Origin: a candidate division WOR-3 bacterium
Lineage (GTDB): Bacteria; Hydrothermota; Hydrothermia; JBDRYB01
NCBI GenBank assembly: GCA_039803205.1
Contig: JBDRYB010000004.1
Location: 32,001-96,000, forward strand
Reading direction: 5' to 3'
Length of the DNA stretch: 64,000 nt
Shown here: piece by piece, positions 1 through 8,629 of the stretch
Layout of the letters: each line of letters opens with the position of its first letter
Position numbering within the stretch: position 1 is the first letter of the stretch
The notes under the pieces: generated by a model
What the model saw: only the letters and a program-made list of their open reading frames with translations
Database searches by the model: none
Told to the model about the DNA's origin: nothing
Made by a program: the position numbers and the translations under genes

Positions 1-1
1 G

Positions 2-415
2 AATTTGGCGTGGAGGAAGGTTATGGGCTATGATGTCCACGACATAACAATTGGGGATGTTGACGGCGACGCCTGCGCTGAGATAGTCTTCGGCACTCAA
101 TCCCCGACAACGCTCTGGGTCCTTGACGATCCAGCTGGAACCGAGGGTTGTGGAGCCGAGGCCCCTGAGAACCCAGGGGCCACGGATATTCCCTCCATAA
201 TGGGTTTTCCAGGAGGCTTTAGGGTTTTGGTCCCCTATGGTTCTTTTCTGGAGGTGAGGCTTTACGACCCGACCGGAAGGCTTAATTCCCTTGTTTTTTC
301 GGGGTATCTTGAGCAAGGCACCCACGAGTTCAGGCCAAAGGTGGCGAAGGGTGTATGGCTTCCAGTTATTAGGGGAGAGGGGTTCTGCATATCCGGAAGG
401 TTTATCGTGAGATGA
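2..415 (+). CDS. C-terminal part of a secreted FG-GAP/VCBS-repeat protein with T9SS-like C-terminal sorting domain (5' truncated by window edge)
   Basis: Frame open from window start; GDVDGDACAEIVFG repeat motif; C-terminus EVRLYDPTGR...KGVWL...RFIVR. Confidence 0.75.
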   Translation, partial: NLAWRKVMGYDVHDITIGDVDGDACAEIVFGTQSPTTLWVLDDPAGTEGCGAEAPENPGATDIPSIMGFPGGFRVLVPYGSFLEVRLYDPTGRLNSLVFSGYLEQGTHEFRPKVAKGVWLPVIRGEGFCISGRFIVR

Positions 416-2268
416 AGATATTGCTTCTTCTGATGGTCTCCGATGTATCGGTCGTTAGGTTCAACAAGGGCTTTGCGGCCTGTGAGGCATACTTTCCGTT
501 TGAATACGAGGGCGAACCCATAACCTGGAGGCTCGGGCTTGGTCTCGTTGCGACCGAAAACGGTTTGCGGATAAGGGGTCAGGACACTGACCTAGATGAT
601 AATGGCTGGCCCGATGTGACGGTTTCCTGCGGAGAATGGGTGGTTGACAGCGTGTTCAGGGTCTTCCTTAACAACGAGGGGAACTTTGATCTGCACGGGG
701 TTCAATACGCTTGGGGAGACAAGGTCTTTCTTGATGGCCACAGCATCTCTGACTTCAACGCAAACGGCCTGCCTGACCTCCTCATAGACATAATGGGAAA
801 CTTTGAATATCCAGATAACGCGCAGGTCTATTCTCTCTTGCTCTGGGATTGGCCGTGGAGCTTTGGCAGGATTGACAGCTTGGCATCATGGTGCACGGAG
901 GCCTCGGTTAGCGCTGACCTGAACGGGGATGGCTACGAGGACTTAATCATGGCTGTTTTCAGGGATTCCATAAGTGGCCTAAATACCACGAGGAGCGCCA
1001 TATACTGGGGAGGGCCACGGGGCTTTTCGGACAAGAACAAGACACTCCTCTCAACCCTCGGGTGTCACGGCACAACAATAGCCGATCTGAACAGGGATGG
1101 ATACCTTGATCTTGTTTTCGCCAATACCTACGCCTCCTGGGGGCCTGACAGCGTTGATTCCTACATATATTGGGGAGGGCCTGACGGATACTCTGAGGCA
1201 AAAAGAACCCCTCTTGACACATACGGCGCTTATGGGGTAACCGTTGGGGACATAAACAGGGATGGGTGGCTTGACCTGGTATTTCCGCAGAGGGAGACCG
1301 AGAAATCCGCTATATTCTATGGTTCTCCAGCGGGTTTCTCCTATTACCCGAGCATGAGGCTCTACTCAAAAGGAGCGACGGCCGCCTGGCTTGAGGACCT
1401 GAACACCGATGGCTGGCTCGATCTCATCCTCGCTAGAAAGATAACCAATCAACACCCTGAGACCATAATATATTGGAACAGGGATGGGTTTTTCAGTAAC
1501 GAGGACACGACATGCCTCCCTGCTCCGGGCGGATACGGGCTTTTCTGCGAGGACTACAACCGGGACGGCTGGCCCGATATACTGATAATAAGCAAGGAGA
1601 ACTCATCCTCGGATTACAACACCTACTCCCTCATTTATTACAACCAGGGCAGACCCCCCTATTTCTCCAGAAGCTCAAGGGTTGATACCCTACCCGTTTT
1701 CGCGGCCGGGCGCGGGAGAACCATGGATTTCCCCGGAAATGTATATGACAGGAAACCAAGGCACACGATTATAGTTGACGCGCCAAGCTCCAAGCTCGGA
1801 ACCACCATTGACAGCATCATGGTCTTCGGGGAAACGCTTGGAGCAACAATAAAAGCGCGCTATCAGTGCGTTGATCCAACCGGGACCAAGATCTGGTTGC
1901 CACCCGGTGCGGGTTATCCCAGCCTTGGGCTCCGCGTCGCCCTTGAGATATGGTTTGACCCGAGATACGCTTCCGTATTCCGCCTTGATTCTGTCTACCT
2001 CTTCTGGCACGAGTGCCTAGAGCCATCCGTGATTCCAAAGGGGTTGCTCTGGACATCCCTCAGGGGGGATACCTTGTATTTCTACAGCCCAACGGATAAT
2101 TCAAGGGTTGATGTCTATAACATCCTCGGCCAGAAAGTCGGGAGCATGGACGCGGAAGCACCTGGAGGGTTTGCCCTCTCTGTCCCTGGGACCTCTGGGA
2201 TATACATAGCAAGGCTGGTTTCCGGAGGAAAGGAACTCAGGAGGCTGGTCTGGCGAAAGGTCAGATAG
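412..2268 (+). CDS. Secreted FG-GAP/VCBS repeat beta-propeller protein with T9SS-like CTD
   Basis: Repeated D-x-N-x-D-G-x-x-D-L motifs (ADLNGDGYEDL, ADLNRDGYLDL, GDINRDGWLDL); C-terminal VYNILGQKV...SGIYIARL; ATGA overlap with upstream gene. Confidence 0.85.
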   Translation: MKILLLLMVSDVSVVRFNKGFAACEAYFPFEYEGEPITWRLGLGLVATENGLRIRGQDTDLDDNGWPDVTVSCGEWVVDSVFRVFLNNEGNFDLHGVQYAWGDKVFLDGHSISDFNANGLPDLLIDIMGNFEYPDNAQVYSLLLWDWPWSFGRIDSLASWCTEASVSADLNGDGYEDLIMAVFRDSISGLNTTRSAIYWGGPRGFSDKNKTLLSTLGCHGTTIADLNRDGYLDLVFANTYASWGPDSVDSYIYWGGPDGYSEAKRTPLDTYGAYGVTVGDINRDGWLDLVFPQRETEKSAIFYGSPAGFSYYPSMRLYSKGATAAWLEDLNTDGWLDLILARKITNQHPETIIYWNRDGFFSNEDTTCLPAPGGYGLFCEDYNRDGWPDILIISKENSSSDYNTYSLIYYNQGRPPYFSRSSRVDTLPVFAAGRGRTMDFPGNVYDRKPRHTIIVDAPSSKLGTTIDSIMVFGETLGATIKARYQCVDPTGTKIWLPPGAGYPSLGLRVALEIWFDPRYASVFRLDSVYLFWHECLEPSVIPKGLLWTSLRGDTLYFYSPTDNSRVDVYNILGQKVGSMDAEAPGGFALSVPGTSGIYIARLVSGGKELRRLVWRKVR

Positions 2269-2344
2269 CTTCTCTCGGATAAGGAACGGAATCCCCACGG
2301 GAGATAAAGGGCGTGAAGGGTGAACTTTGGTTTATAATTTGGGC

Positions 2345-3499
2345 TTGAGCGTTGACAGATCCGCTGTTGGAGAAAGAGGCCTGCGCGTTTTGCAGGTCGC
2401 GGATGTCTATTATCCTCATCCCGGCGGCATACCTGAGCACATAAAGCACTTAGCCGAGGGGCTTTCTGCCAGGGGCCACCATGTTGAGATTCTGAGCGCC
2501 CGTTTTCCGAAAAAGAATTTTCCGGATTGGGAGGACCCCCCCAATATCATCCGCGTCGGCAGGAGCGTGAGGATACCCGCCAACAAGTCCATGAGCTCCA
2601 TCACGGTCTCTGCCAGGCTCTCAAAGAAGGTCAAGGAGATAATCCTTCGGGGCCGATATGACATAGTTCACACCCACGGACCTATTGCCCCTGTTCTGCC
2701 CCTTTTGGCAGTAAAGCACGCGAACTGCAAGGTTGTCTCAACATTCCACGCGGCCCACGGCGATTCGCTTGGCTATGAGATATTCGGGGGATACCTGAGA
2801 AAGTGGCACGATAGGATAGACGGCAGGATAGCGGTTTCCCCTGTTGCAAGGGACAGCGTCGCGAGGTATTTCCCCGGGGAATTCAGGATAATCCCGAACG
2901 GGGTTGATGTGAAGAGGTTCAATCCGGACAACCCTCCCCTCCCACACCTTTCCGGCGCGAGGAACATCCTCTTCGTCGGCAGGCTTGAACCGAGAAAGGG
3001 CGCGAAGTTCCTCTTCCAGGCCTTGCCCTTTGTCCTAAGGAAGGTTCCGGACGCGAGGCTCGTTGTAGTCGGAACAGGGATGACCAGGTGGTATAAGAGG
3101 TTCATAGACCCCTCGGTCAAGCACAGGGTCCTCTTTGAGGGGTTCGTGAACCCGGACATCCTCCCCAGGTATTACACCTCCTCAGAGGTCTTCTGCTCAC
3201 CCGCGACCGGGGGCGAGAGCTTCGGCATAGTGCTTCTTGAGGCCATGGCATCCGGTGTTCCCATTGTGGCCTCGGACATACCCGGTTACAGGTGCGTTAT
3301 GGAGCACGGGGCCGAGGGATATTTCGCGGAACCGGAGGATCCACAAAGCATAGCGGAGGCGCTTATAAGGGTTCTCCTTGACCCGAACGCTCGGGAGATG
3401 GGGAAACGGGGCCGCGAAAAGGCAACAAGCCTTTATTCCTGGGAGAGGGTGGTGGGAATGGTTGAGGATTTCTACAGAGAGGTAATGGCCAGGCCTTGA
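2345..3499 (+). CDS. GT4 glycosyltransferase, PimA-like (phosphatidylinositol alpha-mannosyltransferase-like)
   Basis: PGG..EH, IPNGVD, FVGRLEPRKG, ESFGIVLLEAMASG motifs; start placed at in-frame TTG 2345, 6 nt after TATAAT (2333-2338). Confidence 0.85.
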   Translation: MSVDRSAVGERGLRVLQVADVYYPHPGGIPEHIKHLAEGLSARGHHVEILSARFPKKNFPDWEDPPNIIRVGRSVRIPANKSMSSITVSARLSKKVKEIILRGRYDIVHTHGPIAPVLPLLAVKHANCKVVSTFHAAHGDSLGYEIFGGYLRKWHDRIDGRIAVSPVARDSVARYFPGEFRIIPNGVDVKRFNPDNPPLPHLSGARNILFVGRLEPRKGAKFLFQALPFVLRKVPDARLVVVGTGMTRWYKRFIDPSVKHRVLFEGFVNPDILPRYYTSSEVFCSPATGGESFGIVLLEAMASGVPIVASDIPGYRCVMEHGAEGYFAEPEDPQSIAEALIRVLLDPNAREMGKRGREKATSLYSWERVVGMVEDFYREVMARP

Positions 3500-4803
3500 A
3501 AACCAAAACCCCTTCCTTCACGGGCGTCCTGAGATACAGGAACTTCACCATATTTTCCGTGGCGCAGATGATCTCCCAGTTCGGGGACAGGCTCAACAAC
3601 ATGGCGCTCCTTGGGCTCATTGGAGCCAAGGCCGCTGGCTCGCCCTTTGCCTTCTCCCAGATAGCGATATTCGCGAGCCTTCCTGTCCTCATATTCGGGC
3701 CCATGTCCGGCGTGCTCGCGGACAGGCTGAACAGGAAGTGGGTCCTGGTTGGGGTTGACGCGGCTCGGACCCTCATCGTCTTCCTGATACCGACCCTGGT
3801 ATATCTCACAGGAAACCTCATTCTGGTCAACCTCGCTGTCTTCTCAATATTCCTCCTCGGCCTCCTCTTTAACTCCGCGAAGATGAGCGTCCTGCCCCAC
3901 TTGGTAAGCGGAAAAGAGGAATATCTTATGGCGAACGCTGTGGCGAACTTCATAGGCCGCTTCGCAACATTTCTCGGGCTTCTTCTCGGTGGGTTCATCG
4001 TTGACCTCTACATCTGGCACGAGTTGGGTTGGGATGGTTGGCGCGCGGGTTTCTACATAGATGCTCTCACATACCTGGTCTCAGCCGCTTTCCTCTCCTC
4101 CATGAGCTTGCCCAGGATAGCCGTAAAACCGAGGGAAAAAACAAAAGGGGTTAAGAAGGGGAACAGCATATCGGTGATGTTCAGGGGAAGCTGGGATGAC
4201 ATAAGGTCAACCCTCTCGCTGATCAAGCGAAGAAGGCTGATCAGGCTCGTCTACGCTGGCGTCGCTCTCTCTGTTTTCTACATGGGCGCCGCATACTCCC
4301 TGGACATCATGATCGCCCAGCAGGTCTTCGGGTTCAGGACAAAGGGAACAGGGGTTCTCGGCGGGATACTCGGAATAGGGCTCATTATCGGTTCCCTTTT
4401 CGTTGGAAAATGGGGAAAGAGGTGGGGGGAGATGAGACTGATGTTCATAGGCCTTTTCGCGCTCGCTGTTCTCATGGGGCTCTCAGCTTTCACTTCGGAT
4501 TTCGTGCTCTTCTGCCTCCTGACCCTATTGGCAGGCTTTCTCATGTCCGTTGTCTTCGTTGTCCAGGATACCCTGTTTCACAGGATGGTTCCCCCGAGCC
4601 ACCGCGGAAGGATATTCGCGGTAAAGGAGCTCCTCTGGGCTGGCGGATTCATGGTCTCGGCAGTCTTCCTCGGAGCAGTGGGTGAGTTCATGAAGCTCTT
4701 CGTCAGCTACCACGCGGCTCTTCAATCCCTTTTGGTCTCCTGCGCGCTCGCGATAATCGCCTCGCTCGTCGCATCGCTTTTCTGGATCAGGAAAAGGGCA
4801 TAG
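3496..4803 (+). CDS. MFS transporter
   Basis: About 12 hydrophobic segments, GVLADRLNRK motif A, SQFGD N-terminal motif; start overlaps GT stop. Confidence 0.9.
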   Translation: MKTKTPSFTGVLRYRNFTIFSVAQMISQFGDRLNNMALLGLIGAKAAGSPFAFSQIAIFASLPVLIFGPMSGVLADRLNRKWVLVGVDAARTLIVFLIPTLVYLTGNLILVNLAVFSIFLLGLLFNSAKMSVLPHLVSGKEEYLMANAVANFIGRFATFLGLLLGGFIVDLYIWHELGWDGWRAGFYIDALTYLVSAAFLSSMSLPRIAVKPREKTKGVKKGNSISVMFRGSWDDIRSTLSLIKRRRLIRLVYAGVALSVFYMGAAYSLDIMIAQQVFGFRTKGTGVLGGILGIGLIIGSLFVGKWGKRWGEMRLMFIGLFALAVLMGLSAFTSDFVLFCLLTLLAGFLMSVVFVVQDTLFHRMVPPSHRGRIFAVKELLWAGGFMVSAVFLGAVGEFMKLFVSYHAALQSLLVSCALAIIASLVASLFWIRKRA

Positions 4804-4904
4804 CGGCTCGTGAGCGGGCAAAATGCCCTTGAGTTTCAGAACCGGGTCGGGATTCCCTGAACGCGATCGTCAAATAGCGCATTACAAAGCCAAAATTTCA
4901 CCAC

Positions 4905-4936
4905 TTGACACACACACACACACAACAGAGCATAAT
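4905..4936 (+). promoter_or_regulatory. Sigma70-type promoter TTGACA-N20-CATAAT whose spacer is mostly a CA dinucleotide tract
   Basis: TTGACA 4905-4910, CATAAT 4931-4936, SD AAGGAGG 4962-4968, ATG 4971. Confidence 0.7.
4908..4924 (+). repeat. (CA)8 simple sequence repeat
   Basis: acacacacacacacaca read directly; the only such tract I noticed in the window. Confidence 0.95.
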
Positions 4937-4970
4937 TTGGGGCCGCGGGCCCGTGGCCCGCAAGGAGGTT

Positions 4971-5489
4971 ATGATGAAGGGCTTCATAAAAACACTGGTG
5001 GCCGCGAGCATGACGCTCGCTATGGGATGCTCAAGGGACTGGATGGATTGGCCCTTGAGCCCGACTGAGGACGGAAAGGTGGTCATAGAAGGCGGAGGCG
5101 GAGAGGAGCCGGATTGGCAAGAGGCTTTCCCGGCAACAGTATATGGGACGATCCACTGGTGGCGGACGGATATAATGGGTAGCAATGGCTACATATATGT
5201 GTATGATGCGAACAGAAACTGCATATGCTCTCGTTACTGGGGATTTGTTATCCATGACCCCCAGCCCTTTGATGTATGCGGATGTGACCTCAGAACAGAT
5301 CGTCCGCTTCCCTGGTATGTGTGCGGAGAGGCATATGACGGCAACCTAGACATGTATTGGCACGACGAGGACACCATAACAGATCTCTCCGGTCGGTATA
5401 ACTGTCCAGGATTCAGGAAGAAGGCCCCTTCCACCGGAATAGATCTTTACCTTGGAGACCCTGGGCCGTGTCCGGAGTGTGAACAGTGA
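4971..5489 (+). CDS. Cys-rich orphan lipoprotein
   Basis: SD then MMKGFIKTLVAASMTLAMG-C lipobox; 8 further Cys (CIC, CGC, CPEC etc.). Confidence 0.75.
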   Translation: MMKGFIKTLVAASMTLAMGCSRDWMDWPLSPTEDGKVVIEGGGGEEPDWQEAFPATVYGTIHWWRTDIMGSNGYIYVYDANRNCICSRYWGFVIHDPQPFDVCGCDLRTDRPLPWYVCGEAYDGNLDMYWHDEDTITDLSGRYNCPGFRKKAPSTGIDLYLGDPGPCPECEQ

Positions 5490-5493
5490 ATCC

Positions 5494-5535
5494 AAACCCC
5501 CTGGCGCAGGTTGAATCCCACGAGCCAGGGGGTTT
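5494..5535 (+). terminator. 12-bp inverted repeat (putative terminator) overlapping the next gene's promoter
   Basis: AAACCCCCTGGC (5494-5505) / GCCAGGGGGTTT (5524-5535); the loop contains TTGAAT, 18 bp before TATTAT 5535-5540. Confidence 0.55.
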
Positions 5536-5547
5536 ATTATGTATGTC

Positions 5548-7107
5548 ATGATGCTGACAATGATCATCCTTTCACAGGTTGTCCAATGGGAGATTTTGTC
5601 TCCCTATCAGGGGTTTGGTCCTGGCAACAGAAATATCATGATACTACAGGATGGTATTCTCATCTTTGGGGGTAATAGACGAGACCCTTTGGGCGATACC
5701 TGTTGGGGTTTCTGCACAGGGGTGGACACGGCAAGTGGAATAACTCTCTGGGAGCATGAGTTCACCAACTACGAGAAGAGCATCATGTTCACCTTCGCTA
5801 AGGGAAAAGGAGAGTTTTTCAGCATAGGCCAGTGTTATACATCCTCCAATAATGACATCCTGGTTGCAAAGCTTGACGAATCAGGAAACTTGCTCTGGGA
5901 GAGACGAACCGGGAACCCTCTCTACGATGGCGCGGTGACATCAGCATTTGTGGATACGGGAGGCAATCTAGTTGTGGTTGGATGTGAATATGAGGAGAAT
6001 ACAGACATTTACATCCTTTCGTGGGATAGCGATGGCAATCTCAGATGGAGTTTTTCTTACGACTCGCCCTGGCACAAGGACGATTTTTCCTTTTCAGCAG
6101 GCATGGACGAGGAAGGAAGCACATATGCTGTTGGATATTATACGGGCCCGATAAAGGGAAAATGGACTGTGGCCCCCATGATCTTTGAGCTCAGCGAGAA
6201 CGGGAAACCAGGAATAACTTCTGGGCCTGCTGATACTTGCTATGGTCTCACTCCCCTCGTGATCAAGGTTGACAGCTCAGGGAACCTTATCTGGGTTGAT
6301 GATTGCGAATACTGGAATGTTGGTGGTGAGCTCATGTTTGCCGAATATAGCTTTGGAAGGTTATATGCCTCTGGTTTTGCCTGCAATGGCGACCTATATT
6401 CCCAGTGTGAGGATAAACAAGGTTTTCACTTTTGGCACGCTTGGGAAAACCAGAACTTCTTGACCATGGAGCCTCACGGCGGCTTTGTCGATATGCACGG
6501 GAATCTTTACCTCACTGGCCACAAGTGCAATCCGGGTCCGGATGCCTTCTTTGTCTCATATACCTTTTATGGAGAGAGAAGGGTTTTTAGAGAAGTGTTT
6601 CCTGGCTATGGAACGAGGATTGTGGGGGATTCGCTTGGAAATCTTTTTATCGGCGGAAGAGTGATAGATTCAATAGGCAAGGACTTCGCTGTTGCTAAGC
6701 TAGATACCTTGGGCAATCTCATATGGCTATACCGAAAGGACGACGGAACTCCCGACACCAATCAACCCGATCAATGTCTCGGACTCCTCCCGGACAATCG
6801 GGGAGGCGTATTCGCTACTGGTATGCTTTATGATTCTGTCATGACCCCTATTCACTATGTCGTTCATCTCGCTGATACGACAAGCGGGGTCAAGGAGAAT
6901 AAAAACCCTAAACCCGGCCTCACCATAATCCCCGCTCCCTCCGGCTTCTATATAACCGGCCCCTCAGGCGAGGCGAGGATTTACGATTCGGCTGGCCGGC
7001 TTGTTATGGCCAGGGAAATAAAGGGCAAGACCCTGATTAGCCCCCTGGTGCCCGGGGTCTATTTCGTGGTTGCTGGGAAGGAGAGGGTGAAGGTAGCGGT
7101 CCGCTAG
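5548..7107 (+). CDS. Secreted beta-propeller repeat protein with T9SS-like CTD
   Basis: Repeats of VAKLDxSGNLLW; C-terminal ARIYDSAGRLV...PGVYFVVAG...KVAVR; start could be 5539 or 5548. Confidence 0.8.
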   Translation: MMLTMIILSQVVQWEILSPYQGFGPGNRNIMILQDGILIFGGNRRDPLGDTCWGFCTGVDTASGITLWEHEFTNYEKSIMFTFAKGKGEFFSIGQCYTSSNNDILVAKLDESGNLLWERRTGNPLYDGAVTSAFVDTGGNLVVVGCEYEENTDIYILSWDSDGNLRWSFSYDSPWHKDDFSFSAGMDEEGSTYAVGYYTGPIKGKWTVAPMIFELSENGKPGITSGPADTCYGLTPLVIKVDSSGNLIWVDDCEYWNVGGELMFAEYSFGRLYASGFACNGDLYSQCEDKQGFHFWHAWENQNFLTMEPHGGFVDMHGNLYLTGHKCNPGPDAFFVSYTFYGERRVFREVFPGYGTRIVGDSLGNLFIGGRVIDSIGKDFAVAKLDTLGNLIWLYRKDDGTPDTNQPDQCLGLLPDNRGGVFATGMLYDSVMTPIHYVVHLADTTSGVKENKNPKPGLTIIPAPSGFYITGPSGEARIYDSAGRLVMAREIKGKTLISPLVPGVYFVVAGKERVKVAVR

Positions 7108-7114
7108 CGGGCGC

Positions 7115-7966
7115 CTACTGCCATCGGTATTCAATTCGTGGGGAAAGGAGGGTCTTCAGCTCCCCGAGGACATCCTCGTCCTCATCACCGTAAAGGAGAA
7201 AACGGATGAGGCTGGGCTTCTTTGGCTTCTTCATGAGCTTGGCCTCCTTTAGTTTCCCCATAGCTTTCGCGCACTCAACAGCGTCGTGATAGCTCCCTGT
7301 TCTGTCCACGAGACCCATCTGCGCGGCCTGCCTCCCCGTGAGTATCCTGCCATCAGCGACCCTTAGGACATCCTCCCTGGAAAGCCTCCTGCCCGATACA
7401 ACGACATCAACGAACTGATCGTAGATGTCCTGGACAGCCGTGTCCAAAAGAGCCATCTCGGCCTCCGTCCTCTTACGGAACGGAGATGTTATGTCCTTGT
7501 GCTCATCCGACTTCACTACCTCAACCTCGGCTCCCATCTTCTTCAGGGTTCCCTCTATGACAGGGAGGGTCATTATCACCCCTATTGAACCCGTTATGGT
7601 TCCGGGTGAGGCTATTATGCTGTCAGCCGCGCAGGATATGTAGTATCCGCCTGAGGCCGCGACCGCGCCCATGTAGACAACAACGGGCTTTTTGTGTTCT
7701 TGGCGCGCCCTGAGGAGCGCGCGGTATATCTCGTCAGCCGCGACTACCTCTCCCCCTGGGCTGTCTATCTTCACGAGGATCACCTTCACCCTGCTGTCCT
7801 CGGAGAGCTTCTCTATCCACTGAACTGTCTTGTCAGGATCAACAAGGGCGCCCTCTATCTCAACCAAACCAATATAACCCCCTCGGTCAAAAACGAAACC
7901 AACGGTTAGAGCAGTTGCCGCACCCACTACAAGAACAATTCCTACCCCACAAAGAAACCTCTTCAT
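7115..7966 (-). CDS. sppA: Signal peptide peptidase SppA (S49), short form
   Basis: IDSPGG, AASGGYYI, TGSIGV, K-D..SPFR, DGRILTG motifs; N-terminal TM. Confidence 0.93.
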   Translation of the reverse strand: MKRFLCGVGIVLVVGAATALTVGFVFDRGGYIGLVEIEGALVDPDKTVQWIEKLSEDSRVKVILVKIDSPGGEVVAADEIYRALLRARQEHKKPVVVYMGAVAASGGYYISCAADSIIASPGTITGSIGVIMTLPVIEGTLKKMGAEVEVVKSDEHKDITSPFRKRTEAEMALLDTAVQDIYDQFVDVVVSGRRLSREDVLRVADGRILTGRQAAQMGLVDRTGSYHDAVECAKAMGKLKEAKLMKKPKKPSLIRFLLYGDEDEDVLGELKTLLSPRIEYRWQ

Positions 7967-7972
7967 GTTATC

Positions 7973-8530
7973 TCAGTCCCCCTTAGCAAACAGGAGGCCA
8001 GCCCTCAGAAACGGGTAGACATAGCCGTAGTTCGCGTCAAAGATGTATCCGGCGCCTGTTTCCAGGAAAAGCCCATTCCCCCAGGAGTATCCTCCAGAAC
8101 CCTTTACGCCCATTGTCCACTGCATGCCCGGATCGTTTTCGCCGCCAGAGAGAAGGAGGATGTGCAGTCCGGAGGCCAGCTTTAGGAACCAGCGGGACCT
8201 ATGAGGTTGGGTTCCAATACCTATCATTATGGGTATCTCCTTTATTGAGACATCCCTTTTTGTTTTCTTCCAGGTATTGTGTTCAGAATCATAAGCGCTG
8301 TCAACGAGGGTCGCGGGGCTCAGGTGCATCTGGTATCCTGTGGAAAGGAACATTCTGGTTTCAAGCGGCGGAAGGAATACTCCGGCCTCGGAGCTTATCC
8401 CGTAATTCATGCCATCGTGGGTTCCACCAGCGAATATCGCTCCACCTCCGCAAAACCAGAGGCCGGTCGGCTTGTCATCCCCCAAAAGGAGACCGCTCAT
8501 TAACAAAACGACAAAAGCGAGCTTTTTCAT
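7973..8530 (-). CDS. Putative small outer-membrane beta-barrel protein
   Basis: MKKLAFVVLL signal peptide; alternating Gly/aromatic strands, C-terminal FLRAGLLF. Confidence 0.6.
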   Translation of the reverse strand: MKKLAFVVLLMSGLLLGDDKPTGLWFCGGGAIFAGGTHDGMNYGISSEAGVFLPPLETRMFLSTGYQMHLSPATLVDSAYDSEHNTWKKTKRDVSIKEIPIMIGIGTQPHRSRWFLKLASGLHILLLSGGENDPGMQWTMGVKGSGGYSWGNGLFLETGAGYIFDANYGYVYPFLRAGLLFAKGD

Positions 8531-8629
8531 CCGGCCCCAAGTATAATCCTGGCCCCTAGGCGGTTTCAACAAAAGCAAACCTGAGTTGCACCAGCACTTA
8601 ATTCTACATTAAAATATGTCTCTGCCTGA

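Noticed and set aside
4804..4900. GGGCAAA suggesting a c-di-GMP-I riboswitch
   Set aside because: The GNRA hairpin and the rest of the consensus are missing, and it lies upstream of the predicted promoter.
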